A DNA stretch of 64,000 nucleotides from Mizuhopecten yessoensis (lineage: Eukaryota). Position 1 is the first letter of the stretch, and each line of letters opens with the position of its first letter. The notes under the pieces were generated by a model. The model searched no databases. It was not told where the DNA came from and saw nothing but the letters and a program-made list of their open reading frames with translations. Positions 1 through 14,300 of this stretch are shown piece after piece. The stretch spans positions 307,716 to 371,715 of the forward strand of contig NW_018404123.1 in assembly GCF_002113885.1 (NCBI RefSeq). The letters are read 5' to 3'. The position numbers and the translations under genes were made by a program.

Positions 1-1216
1 CCAGGCTAGGGTTTATGTTAATTTGTTAAACTTCTTGAAAAATACAAGTGAAATGATTTAGCACCTGTGTCTGGAGAAAACAATGTTGGTTTTACCTGAA
101 ACTCGTTAGGATCGACATAGTTCGGATCAATACGGTAACGATCATTGATTTATAGGTTGCTGTTTCCCCTCTACCTGACATGACACAGCTGAGCGTAATT
201 TACGTTGCAATGCTTCTCTTCTGATATAATTGATGTTACCGGACACCTTTTTTGCATGATTGAGCAACCCTTTTCTGGTATAAATGAGTTAAGTTAGTGC
301 CTCTGGTATAGAAATATAAGTACATAGTCTGTCTCTCTGGTTGTTTTTTTTAAATGAAAAAACATACCGTTAATTTGCAGGTATAGTGCACACTAAGGTA
401 TAGTGTGCAGGTATGATTTTGGAGTCAGATTTGAAGAAGAAAAAAATTGAAAATAAAAAAAAAAATCCTAAAAATAAACGGTATAAAACAGGAAAAGTAG
501 CATGAAAGGTAGCTTGGTGTTTATAACGCCGATTAATTAACGATTGATTGATTGGAGTCAACAAGCCCATGAAGGTCTCCGTCCGTACTGCTTGGAACGA
601 GTAGATCACAGGGTCATGTTACAAATGTCTGAAATACACATATGCTATACTGATATGGGTCACAACACATGTGTATGTTTATGTATTTATGCAAAAGATT
701 TATAAAAATATCATCAGTTTGATAATTTATAGACTGAATCCTTAATTTTAATACTAGTTTACCATTACTAAGTACCGAAATGTTGTCAGTCACATCCAGT
801 GTTTCCTCAGTAAGCTAGGTTGTTGGCAGATATATAATTATAATATATATATAATATTATAATATTGGATCAAAATCTAAGAAAGTGACACATTTTATTT
901 AACTTTTTTTATTTCATCTTGAGTCAATTATTCATTAACTTACATGTGTTTGGCTTCATTGCCTTCACACTATGTTTAAATCACAGTGTTTTCCATGGAC
1001 CTATATGAAGAAATTGTTCCACTAATGGATTTTCCACTTCTATAACAGTGTGTGTTGTCTCCCACTTTCTGTGTCTTTGATAACTGTTTGATTAACTCTA
1101 CTGAGCCTTTCAGGGTACTGCATTGCCTCCCTATCTCAGTGCTTTGTATTGTAAGGGGATTGGTTTAATGGTAAGTCACTTTGGGCTTTCTAGACTTGTT
1201 CTCCAGCAAGACATGT

Positions 1217-1949
1217 ACACACTGAGTCAAACAGATGTATATTGTTCTGTCACCTTCCCACCCAGACAGAGTTCTTTAGGACTTGTTTCAGGGTAATATT
1301 TATTATTTTTATACCAGCACACACTGAGTCAAACAGATGTATATTGTTCTGTCACCTTCCCACCCAGACAGAGTTCTTTAGGACTTGTATCAGGGTAATA
1401 TTTATTATTTTTATACCAGCACACACTGAGTCAAACAGATGTATATTGTTCTGTCACCTTCCCACCCAGACAGAGTTCTTTAGGACTTGTATCAGGGTAA
1501 TATTTATTATTTTTATACCAGCACACACTGAGTCAAACAGATGTATATTGTTCTGTCACCTTCCCACCCAGACAGAGTTCTTTAGGACTTGTATCAGGGT
1601 AATATTTATTATTTTTATACCAGCACACACTGAGTCAAACAGATGTATATTGTTCTGTCACCTTCCCACCCAGACAGAGTTCTTTAGGACTTGTATCAGG
1701 ATAATATTTATTATTTTTATACCAGCACACACTGAGTCAAACAGATATATATTGTTCTGTCACCTTCCCACCCAGACAGAGTTCTTTAGGACTTGTATCA
1801 GGATAATATTTATTATTTTTATACCAGCACACATTGTGTCAAACAGATATATATTGTTCTGTCACCTTCCCACCCAGACAGAGTTCTTTAGGACTTGTAT
1901 CAGGATAATATTTATTATTTTTATACCAGCACACATTGTGTCAAACAGA
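1217..1949. repeat. 105-bp tandem repeat, 7 copies
   Basis: Near-identical units; explains the 35-aa periodic ORF 1242-1988. Confidence 0.95.
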
Positions 1950-2187
1950 CCTCATGGCTTGTCATATCCTTCATACCATAAGGCCTAAGCAGTTCAAGAA
2001 GCTAGTTCAACATTCTGTCTGTAAATCAATGAAAAAGTAAGGAACTCAAATAATGTATTAAGTGTAAATGTATCATATATAAGCTAACAGGTCAGGTCTG
2101 TGTTGTGGAGTAATCCGAGAAAGGTCTAATTTTTTCTGTTGAGGGCGATAGTGATATGACCGATTTGTATTTTGTTTTCAGTGAAGA

Positions 2188-2335
2188 ATGCAGGCACCTT
2201 GTACAAATTCAGAGGCTGTCAAGCGATGTATGTCATTTCCAGACAAACCACTGTCTAGTCAGATGCGCTATATTGAACCACGGCCACCTTATGCTGCCGG
2301 AAATAATGTGGTCAAGCGTGACAGACCATATTCAG
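2188..2335 (+). CDS. LOXHD1: LOXHD1 coding exon 1 (exon 2182-2335; MQAPCTNS...KRDRPYS)
   Basis: Acceptor ttgttttcAG at 2181, in-frame TGA at 2182 then ATG at 2188, open for 49 codons, donor CAG|GTATGT at 2336. Phase 1 joins exon 9233 in frame (G+CT=Ala). Not in the ORF track. Confidence 0.72.
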
Positions 2336-5300
2336 GTATGTACATCATACTTAGGTACATTTGACCGTATTTAGTATTACATTTATTGAGATATTTTATT
2401 TGATGATTTAGGTAAATATGACCGTACTCCAGTACATTTGACCGTATTTGGTATTACATTTATTGAGATATTTTATTTGATGATTTAGGTAAATATGACC
2501 GTATTCCAGTACATTTGACCATAATTTAATACACCGCAACCATATAATCTTGAAGGGGCATATGATCATACCCAAGTATATATGGCCATACTCAGTTTGG
2601 CCATTTACCATGACGATACTCAGGTGTGTTGGTCATGTGCTCAGGTATATATGACCATACTCAGGTGATACCACATTCTGTTTGTCGTTCACTTTGATCT
2701 TACTCAGGTGAGACCACATTCTGGTTGTCGTTCACTTTGATCTTACTCAGGTGATACCTCATTCTGTTTGTCGTTCACTTTGATCTTTCTCAGGTGATAC
2801 CACATTCTGTTTGTCATTAACTTTGATCTTACTCAGGTGAGACCACATTCTGGTTGTCGTTCACTTTGATCTTACTCAGGTGAGACCATAATCTGGTTGG
2901 TGTTCACTTTGATCTTCTCAGGTGAGACCACATTCTGTTTGTCGTTCACTTTGATCTTACTCAGGTGATACCACATTCTGTATGTCGTTCACTTTGATCT
3001 TACTCAGGTGATACCATATTCTGTTTGTCGTTTACTTTGATCATACTCAGGTGAGACCATATTCTGGTTGTCATTCACTTTGATCTTACTCAGGTGAGAC
3101 CACATTCTGTTTGTCATTCACTTTGATCTTACTCAGGTTAGACCACAGTCTGTCGTTCACTTTGATCTTACTCAGGTGATACCACATTCTGTATGTCGTT
3201 CACTTTGATCTTACTCAGGTGATACCACATTCTGTTTGTCATTCACTTTGATCTTACTCAGGTGAGACCTTATTCTGGTTGCTGTTCACTTTGATCTTAC
3301 TCAGGTGAGACCGTATTCTGTTTGTCGTTCACTTTGATCTTACTCAGGTGAGACCACATTCTGGTTGTCGTTCACTTTGATCTTACTCAGGTGAGACCAT
3401 ATTCTGTTTGTCGTTTACTTTGATCTTACTCAGGTTAGACCACAGTCTGTCGTTCACTTTGATCTTACTCAGGTTAGACCACATTCTGGTTGTCGTTCAC
3501 TTTGATCTTCTCAGGTGAGACCACATTCTGTTTGTCGTTCACTTTGATCTTACTCAGGTTAGACCACAGTCTGTTTGTCGTTCACTTTGATCTTACTCAG
3601 GTGATACCACATTCTGTTTTTTGTTCACTTTGATCTTACTCAGGTGATACCACATTCTGTTTGTCGTTCACTTTGATCTTACTCAGGTGATACCATACTC
3701 TGTTTGGCGTTTACTTTGACCATACTCAGGTGAGACCATATTCTGGTTGTCTTTCACTTTGATCTTACTCAGGTGAGACCATATTCTGGTTGTCGTTTAC
3801 TTTGATCTCACTCAGGTGAGACCATATTCTGGTTGTCGTTCGCTTTGATCTTACTCAGGTGAGACCACATTCTGGTTGTCGTTCACTTTGATCTTCTCAG
3901 GTGAGACCACATTCTGTTTGTCGTTCACTTTGTTTGTCATTCACTTTGATCTTACTCAGGTGAGACCATATTCTGGTTGTCGTTTGCTTTGATCTCACTC
4001 AGGTGAGACCATATTCTTGTCATTCACTTTGATCTTACTCAGGTGAGACCTTGTTCTGGTTGCTGTTCACTTTGATCTTACTTTTGAGATATGTTCACTT
4101 TGATCTTACTCAGGTGAGACCACATTCTGGTTGTCGTTCACTTTGATCTTCTCAGGTGAGACCACATTCTGTTTGTCGTCCACTTTGATCTTACTCAGGT
4201 GATACCATACTCTGTTTGGCGTTTACTTTGACCATACTCAGGTGAGACCATATTCTGGTTGTCTTTCACTTTGATCTTACTCAGGTGAGACCACATTCTG
4301 TTTGTCGTCCACTTTGATCTTACTCAGGTGATACCATATTCTGTTTGGCGTTTACTTTGATCATACTCAGGTGAGACCATATTCTGGTTGTCGTTCGCTT
4401 TGATCTTACTCAGGTGAGACCATATTCTGGTTGTCGTTCGCTTTGATCTTACTCAGGTGAGACCACATTCTTTTTGTCGTTCACTTTGATCTTACTCAGG
4501 TGATACCACATTCTGTTTTTTGTTCACTTTGATCTTACTCAGGTGATACCATACTCTGTTTGGCGTTTACTTTGACCATACTCAGGTGAGACCATATTCT
4601 GGTTGTCGTTCGCTTTGATCTTACTCAGGTGAGACCACATTCTTTTTGTCGTTCACTTTGATCTTACTCAGGTGAGACCATATTCTGGTTGTCGTTTACT
4701 TTGATCTCACTCAGGTGAGACCAGATTCTGGTTGTCGTTTACTTTGATCTCACTCAGGTGAGACCATATTCTGGTTGTCGTTCGCTTTGATCTTACTCAG
4801 GTGAGACCACATTCTGTTTGTCGTCCACTTTGATCTTACTCAGGTGATACCATATTCTGTTTGGCGTTTACTTTGATCATACTTAGGTGAGACCATATTC
4901 TGGTTGTCGTTCACTTTGATCTTACTCAGGTGAGACCATATTCTGTTCGTTGTTCACTGTGTTCAGTGTACAATGGTCAAACTAAGGATACTTAACAATA
5001 CTCAGGTTTACCATTCACCATGACTATACTCAGATCTGTGGGTCATGTGCTCAGGTATATCTGACCATACTCTCATCAGTCATTCACTGTCATCATACTC
5101 AGGTGTTTAGAAATACTCGAGTATATTTGACCATACTCTGGTTGGTCATTACTGCGACTATACTAAGGTGTGCTGCTCATACTTGGATATACCTGACCAT
5201 ACTCTGGTATACCTGAGCATACTCTGGCTGGTCATTCACTGTGACTAAACTAAGGTGTGCTGATCATACTCTGGTATACCTGACCATACTCTGGTATACC

Positions 5301-8300
5301 TGACCATACTCTGATTGGTCATTCACTGTGACTATACTCAGGTGTGCTGATCATACTCTGGTATACCTAACCATACTCTGGTATACCTGACCATACTCTA
5401 GTTGGTCATTCACTGTGACTATACTCAGGTGTGCTGATCATACTCTGGTATACCTGACCATACTCTGGTATACCTGACCATACTCTGATTGGTCATTCAC
5501 TACAACTACACTCGTGTGTGTAAAGTATGTAGGATAGAAACCCTCTGTACATGATGTGGGGAGGTTAACGCCTAATGTACCGTAATGCAATGATATGTGG
5601 ATCATAAAACTTTCAGTATACCTTTAAATATCATAAAAATGGCTACATTTTCATTGGATAGGAGTAGATCCTTTTATAAGAAATAGTAATAAAAGGTTGT
5701 GAGACTTTAATCCACAAACTGCATGCTGATGTGTCTTAGGAATGTCCCCCATTGGTATAACAGTACAAGGTTTACACAAGCTATTGGCTGGTTTGTTTAA
5801 GGCCGAAATTTACATTAAAATGATACAGGATCAACAGGTGAGGTTTACTGGATACATAGTAGGTAGGTAGTCAAGTTCCTAATAAAACAGGTAAGACATA
5901 TTGCCAGGTAATAGATCCTCATAGTACTGTACAGGTGAGATATATTGATAGGTATATGTAGGAGCTCATAATGATATACAGGTGAGATATATTTGAGACA
6001 TGGTTCCTAATAGTTCAGCTTCTTGTGAGATTTATTTGACAGGTAGGAGATTCTGATTAGACAGGTGAGATATGTGTTACAGTAAGTATAGATGAAAGGA
6101 ATACAAGTCAGTTCTCTGTGATAGTGTTTACCTCACCAATTTGTAGAGAGGAGGGTGGGGAAGGGGGTGTTTACCTCACCAATTTGTAGAGAGGAGGGTG
6201 GGGAAGGGGGTGTTTACCTTACCAATTTGTAGAGAGGAGGGTGGGGAAGGGGGTGTTTACCTCACCAGTTTGTAGAGAGGAGGGTGGGGAAGGGGGTGTT
6301 TACCTCACCAGTTTGTAGAGAGGAGGGTGGGGAAGGGGGGTGTTTACCTCACCAATTTGTAGAGAGGATGGTGGGGAAGGGGGGTGTTTACCTCACCAGT
6401 TTGTAGAGAGGAGGGTGGGGAAGGGGGGTGTTTACCTCACCAATTTGTAGAGAGGAGGGTGGGGAAGGGGGTGTTTACCTCACCAATTTGTAGATAGGAG
6501 GGTGGGAAGGGGGAAAGCAGCCTTATTGTCAGCCCGGCCCAAATGTCTGTCAATGTTTAATTTAGTGCAAGTGTCAAATTTCATCGATATAACATTCAGT
6601 ATTTGTACCTGGATGCTGATAGCTGGCATGAAGGTTCCCTTGGAGTCCAACGTTGATGCAGTGCATTTTTTTATCTATTTTGAACATCGACTACATTTGC
6701 CAAATATCCCTATTGAAGTTTTGGTGTAAGTGCTGAAATTCAGTAATGCAGCTTCAGTATCTTCAATACCAGAATGCTGATATTTGGCATGGAGGTTCCT
6801 ATGGAGTAAAATATTGATGCAAGCATGTCAAAAGAGAAAAGTTAATTGAATTCACTATAGACACTCAATAATTCTTCTAGGATGGTGATATTAAGCATTG
6901 TGGTTTCTCAAGGGTTAAACATGGTTGTAAGGAGGCAAACAGAAATTTTGTTTATTTTAAATTTTGACCAGCTTTAGACTTATATTTTTATTCCAAAATC
7001 GTTTTTTGGTGGAAGTTTTGAAGGCAATATTTCTACCAGGATGGTAATATTTGTTATGGAGGTTTCTGAGGAATCAAACAATTTTGCTATAAAGAAAGGA
7101 AAACACTTCATTTTCAACTGTTTTTTATTTAACTATTTCAGACAATCCTTCAAATAGGCATGCTTTGGAGTTCTCAAACAGCACCCTGATTATTTAGAGT
7201 CCCCCTCTGTTAATTAATGTTTTCTTCCATTAAATCTAGCCAGCAGAAATCAAGCACCCATAGAACAAAGATGATTGAGGGTCCTCCTCTAATAATGTTT
7301 TCCATTAAAGCTAGCCAGCAGGAAACAAGCACTTGTATTTACTTCCCAGATTATTTAGGTCCCCTCTATTAATGTTTTCCATTAAATCTGGCCAGAAGAA
7401 ACCATTCTTAGCACCCAGATTATTAAGAGTCTCCATGACATTGCTCTTTCTGACATCAATGACTACTCATCATGTAAAGCATTATGTTGTTAACCTCGGT
7501 GATTTTATTGATTTTCCCTCATCAATGTTGTCTGACTGATTGGGTTATGTAATCTGTGTCGAGCCACATATAGGAACAGGTTAACTTCTAGGACATATTA
7601 AACCTGCTTTATTTGCGTAACAATTTCAAACTTCAAGTATTTCGGCTAATTTTTATGTGCACAGGTTAAAAATAACATCAATGTTTTATAACATTTATAG
7701 CATCTGTGTAAAAACAGGAGATTGAACCTGAGGCTAGTCTTGTGTACTATAGAATGACATTGCACTATTAGTGCAGAGAGTTGCATGTCAGTACATTGTG
7801 TAGTTAAGTATTGATGGCTGCCGGTGTAAGCTAGCGGTGTAAGCTAGTGTCACCTGGGGAAAACCAGGTAGATCTCTAGAGATAACCACTACATACTGGC
7901 ACTATACAGAATATCAAACCGAGAGTCCTGATAGGAGGCAGACTCCTGATTTAAGACCCTTTATCTTAATATTTCAATTCAGTGAATTTGCTAAACTATT
8001 CCTAGAGCGTGCGAAATATCCCCATTCAATAGGTTGGCAAGTGAAGTATTATGCTGATATCGAATAGTCTGATGGTGTGATATTTATTATAAAATAGATT
8101 CAAAGAATCATCTGTTTCCTATAAAGTCTGAATGAGTTTGGAATTTATGCTTGGTCGATCATTATTTTTACTTTTCCCAAGAGAATTATAAAGGACCATT
8201 TATTTTTGGTATGCATAGATTAGAAACATATTATTCGCCTCTTTTTCAAGATACTTGTTAAAATTTACCCTGCCTGCTTACTGTAGTTTGTCCAAGAATC

Positions 8301-11300
8301 TAATAGAAATTATTTGTCATGTTAATCAAAGTTAATTTTACCAGGGATACTAACTGAATTATTCCTTCAGATACACATAAGATTTTATCCAACTGATTTT
8401 CAGCAGTAATTCACTACCAGTTTTAAAAATATAAAAATGGTTTTGATAACTTTTTTCTTCCAATATCAAAGTTTAGTTCTTGATTTCCGGAAACAACATC
8501 AGATAAAGAAAATCATAAAGGAAAGTGCTAGGATAATGAAAAACAGTTTCAGTACAGTTGCATTTAGTAACATGACTCGTATCTTCCATGCTAATTATAC
8601 AGCTCATTTGATTAACAAAAACAATGTATGGCTGTGGATGTATGTATTAAATGTGCAGTAAAAGACAAAGTAAAACCTGACAACCCTTGGATTTTAGAAT
8701 AAATCTGTTGTGTATATGTACCACACAACCGCATACCACAGGTAAGCTTACAGCCTGCTGGGATGGGATTTTTAATCATATCAAAATATACTGAGATTGC
8801 TACACAATATCATACTGTGGGGACGTTATATACTTAGCTTACCGGTAAGTCAAATACCAGAAGAAAATGCATGTCAGTAATGTTTAAAAATAACAAATGA
8901 TAGTGGGAACCCATCTTTAAAACTGACCAGAATGGAAAAACAACATTAACAACATTACAGTATATGGTCGTCAACAAAATACCTATCATTGTGTATGTAG
9001 CAGATTGATGTGCCAAGGTGTGGAGGCCGGGAAACGTATGAAACTTAGACTTTGAACAGTCTCCAAAGGGAACTAATGAATTTCCATAGATTATTATTTG
9101 TAATAATATTTTATGGAAATGAAATTTTGAGTAATGATATTTGTCCTGTTCGATGTAATTGACATGTTTGATATAATTTCAACACAACTAGATTGTCTTA
9201 CTGAATAACATTGTTTTGTTACTATTTTTCAGCTCCAATGCGACGCATCACAACCAACAGTCACTCAGAACCCTGGCGTGGACCAAAGTACGACCGAGTC
9301 CCAGCCCGGCCCAATTACAATGTGTCACTCCATCACCACACATGGGATACAGAGTTCAGTCGGCGGGCCCCTTATGCACGTATGTACTTTATTTACTAGT
9401 GATGAAGCCATGCTCGATTTCAAGTCCACGCCCTGTATTTAACATCTTATACAGATGAGCGGTACTCTTGGTATCATTCTTTCTGCTACAATACTCATAC
9501 ACGATGACATGTGAAGTGTTATATTTGGGAATGAGTTAGGTACCATTTACCCCCATTGTGAAATCCCTAAAAGTCAATTTCAGTATGACCAGTATTTCTC
9601 GTAAACTGAATGACTCTTGCATGAAAAAGATGCTATGATTCATTTGTAAGTAAGATTCTATGTTTGGTACGCTGTTGAAAACTGAATTATCAAGAGTATG
9701 TATGTTTGATTGTACATTTATGTAATTATATATCATTGATTTATATGTGTGTTTACAGCCCGGAAAAAAGATGTGTATAGCAACTCCATGTATGACCCTG
9801 TAGACAGAGGGGGTAAGACGCCCCCTTTTCCACCCTATGACCCCCTCAACGACCCTCATCTCTCAGAATACTTTGATCGACGCTTTGGACTCATACAGGC
9901 AGCTGCTGCAGTGGTAAGCATTGGGAAGGGTCACATAAAGGGTCCAGATAAAAGAGCAGTTTTAAAAGCAAAACAATTATTTTACCTATACATAGTTTTA
10001 GTTCAGCAATAACTTCAGGCAACTTGCCAGTTTTACTATGTATAAAGTTGGAAAAACAAACAGAAATAAAATTCTATCATTACATGTTTATGAAAAACAT
10101 ATTTTTACTGAAATAAAACACATTGTAGCTTAGAATGTTTCTGCACAAACATTGTATGGTGTATGTTTCAAACTTTAATTTTTGTAACTAAACATTGTAC
10201 ATTGTATGACATTTTTGTTACATTGTATTACATCTTTGTTACATTGTATGTTATTTTTGTTACATTGTATAATGTACAAGTTTTAGAAAAGCTTTATATT
10301 ATGTTACGGTAACATCGTATAGTGCTTTGATACTACATTGTATTTTTGTGTACAGAAACGAGGCTGGGGGTCACGACCCTCTAGTGCCAGTAGTTACATG
10401 ACAGGAGGAAGTAAGAGATTTAAGACTGGTTCGGGAAAGTCCTCAGGAAACGAGACAGCACTCTACAAGGTTGCTGTTACCACAGGGGACCTAAAGAATG
10501 CAAGCACAGATGCCAAAGTAAGACTCATAAATATATATCTTTGTGTCAATTTTAATTTGCATGTTACTTGGGGTAGATCTGACTTTAAGTTAAGTTTATT
10601 TACCAATAGAGGATCCATAAAGATCCTCTTCACCGGACTCAAAATCATAACACTGAAATATTTAATGATAGAACAGTGTGACGTTCTTGGATCATTTTGA
10701 CTTTGCCAAAACCTAAAGTCTATGTGTAGGTTCTGACTACATGTTACTAATCCATGTGTATTCTTCTTCCATTGGCCAGGTTTTTGTCACTCTAAAAGGT
10801 CTGAAGGGTAAAATACCTAAAACAAGGCTCACCAAGAAAGCTGGTTCTGTCAAATCTAACAAAGATGTTGCCTTCCGATTCTCCCGAGATAGCACTCACA
10901 TATTCAAAATCCGTGGACAGAATGTGGGCAACCTTAAGTCTGTAGTCATTGAGGTGAGCAGAACAGTCTTAACATTGTGTAATACTTACAATAAGGATAT
11001 GGTTAGTTTGGCTAAATTGTGTAATACTTACAATAAGGATATGGTTAGTTTGAGTAAATTGTGTAATACTTACAATAAGGATATGGTTAGTGTGGCTAAA
11101 TTGTGTAATACTTACAATAAGGCTATGGTTAGTTTGGCTAAATTGTGTAATACTTACAATAAGGAAATGGTTAGTTTGGCTAAATTGTGTAATACTTACA
11201 ATAAGGATATGGTTGTTTGGCTAAATTGACACTGACATCTTTATTCTAAGGTATTAGCATTCAATTTTTTTATCGATGATGATATTTTGTCTCATAAATA

Positions 11301-14300
11301 GCACAATGGTACAAAGAAGGAGGACGCCTGGTTCCTTCGGGAGATAGAAGTCGTCCACGTCAAGAGTAAGAAGAGCTGGGTGTTTGTGTGTAATCAGTGG
11401 CTGTCCCTCGTCCACGGCGACCAACAAACACAGCGCGAACTATTCCCTCGCATGTCCCCAAATACCAGTAAGTCGTCCTACCAAATGGGAAGCATAGAGT
11501 TGTTGGCTACAGAAATCCACATAAGGACACTGATAGGACCCAAATGATTTGTTTGTTACGAGCTTTAATTATGTTCCTTATGTATCGTACATATATAAGT
11601 AAAATATCCATAAGGGGATCCAAAATAGATCCTGAGATAATATTACTCATAATGTGTAAGGCAAAACAAATTGTTGTTTTCAGTGATATCTTCAACGAGA
11701 TTCATCAGTTTGAAATATGGATCATCAAAGTTTCACTTTCAACACGAACAATGTATGTATTAAACATGTCGCGACATTTCAAGACTGACAGGTCCCTTTG
11801 TCCAGCTATGACTCAAACTCATGCTTAATGAGTCATAGCCTGACAAAGGGACAAGTCAGTCATGAAACGTTGCGACACATTTAATATGCATTTGATATTT
11901 TTATATAATAAACATATTTTACAGCACTAAAGTTTACAAGATGATGACAGTGACTAAAATCACATAGATTGTAGCTATGTTTAGTAATTGTTGTCTCGTG
12001 TTACAGCTTACGAGATCGTGACGGTGACTGGTGACAAGATGAATGGAGCAACTAACGCCAATGTGTATCTGACAATCTACGGTAGAACCGGTGCTACAGA
12101 GAAAATACCGCTCAAAAACAACACAGGCAAAACGTTTGAACGAGGCAGTAGTGACATTTTCAAAATAAAGACAAAATGTGTTGGGCCGATGCGTAAAGTG
12201 CGAATAGAGCATGATAACACAGGGATAGGAGCCGGCTGGTACCTGGAGAGGGTGAGATGTGTTTTATTTCTAACACTTGTAATAAAGAACAACTGCTCAC
12301 CTGTATGTTATGTAGTTCTGAAAATTACTTAGTTTTGAATCTTTTGTCACATATTTACAGATGTATAAATTATTCATTTTGGAGAACTTCAAATTCATTT
12401 GTATTTGCTGAACCCCTATTACGCTAACACCACTTTCCAATTCGCATAAAAATATAATCCTTTCAAAAGAAAACAAGCTAGAAATTATTATTTTCATAAA
12501 ATGTTTCTAGCTGCACAGAAAACATCAGTATCATAATTATACTCGGGCCTCTATGTCACTTGACATCATGACTTGCACTTATTGTGTCTATAACGTTTTA
12601 TTACATATCAGAACATCACAAAGTTATATTACATATGTTATAGAAACTGTGTGTAATGATGTTATACAATGGAAAACAGGATAAATGTTGGTATTTTTAA
12701 CATTTTGGCTACTTTTGTTACTAAGAATTTATTTTGTATTGACATGACGTTTAAACATTTTTCCTGTCGATAGATTGTGGTGTCTGACTTAAAACACCAG
12801 CAGTGGAAATACTTCTTCCCATGCGGACAATGGCTTGCACGAGATGAGGGAGATGGTGCCATTTCTCGTGACCTTATCGGTAGCAAGGACCCATTCGGTA
12901 TCAGAAAAGGTGGGTATTAAGTGCTTGGTTAAATAAAAGTTTTTGACTTAAATTCTTCTAAAGAATGAAAGGAAAATGTTCTTGAAACTTAAAGCTTCTT
13001 TGATGAAAAAATGTCCATAAATTATCATAAAGCTGTTAAACAATGTGTAACTGTGTTTGATGAAGATTTATGTTTGTTATATATATTTTAGGATGATTTA
13101 TTTATTTGTGTTTGGTAAATTTACTTGTCTGTTGTGATGTTATTGTTTGTATACTTATTTAGTATACATATACTTGTATGACGTGTATATTTGTTAAATA
13201 TATGTATATATTGTCCGGTATATCATATTCTGTTTGCAACTATTGTAATTATTTTTTCCCAGACAATAAGTACAAGATCACGGTTTACACCGGTGATGGG
13301 CGCGGATCTGGTACAGACGCCAATGTGTACATCACTTTGTTTGGGGAAACAGGAGACTCGGGGGAGAAACGACTCGACACAACTTCAAACAACTTCAGAC
13401 GTGGAAAGTAAGCACCCTTCATCAGTCATTCTTTCTTGAAAATTGTTTGAACCTTGATAAAAAATGGTGTATCAGAATAAGTGAAGTTAAAATGCATACA
13501 AACTACCATAGGACCTAACAAGAACTATAAGGAAAACTTCAGTATTTGAGATATCAGTATTGATAAGTTAGCCTGTTATAACTACGCATGGATAAAAATT
13601 TATTTTGAAATACCTACAAACACGTCAATTTTGTGGCTATTGTGTGTTTTTAAATGATTTTGAATTCAGATGAAATTATGAAATCAGTTTTGATTTAATG
13701 AGAAAAGCTGATGCAAAGATTTTTTAGAAAGAATTCAGTTGATGTATTGTAGACTTACCTCCCCTTACACACAAGATTTCCAAACTCTTGTCAGTAGTGT
13801 TTGCATGTCTAGTTACATAAGTAAAGTGTGAGTATGTTTCTTTCCAAAATGTTTAAGTGATGTAAACGGTATGTAACATCACCAAAATCATCGTAACCTT
13901 CCTTTTTTCTTAGATACCATAACATTATCAGTGACATAAAGTGGTTCCTCCAACTCTCACTGGTGTAGCGCTATAATAACAGTCAACTTTCACTGGTGTA
14001 GCGCTATAATAACAGTCAACTCTCACTGTTGTAGCATTATTATAACAGTCAACTTTCACTGGTGTAGCGCTATAAGAACAGTCAACTTTCACTGTTGTAG
14101 CGCTATAATAACAGTCAACTTACACTACATAAAGTGGTTCCTCCAACTCTCACTGTTGTAGCGCTATAATAACAGTCAACTCTAACTGTTGTAGCACTAT
14201 AATAACAGTCAACTCTCACTGTTGTAGCACGTAGCGCTACAATAACAGTCAACTCTCACTGTTGTAGCACGTAGCGCTACAATAACAGTCAACTCTCACT

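Noticed and set aside
1-140. Possible non-coding first exon ending at CG|GTAACG (135)
   Set aside because: Plausible, since exon 2182 has an acceptor, but a lone donor-like motif is not enough evidence.
1242-1988. 248-aa ORF with 35-aa repeats
   Set aside because: It is a translation of a 105-bp tandem repeat; non-ATG start, no splice context.
10954-11229. [14 protein letters not shown] repeat extension of exon 5
   Set aside because: Intronic 42-bp repeat after a GTGAGC donor; the PLAT continues in exon 6.
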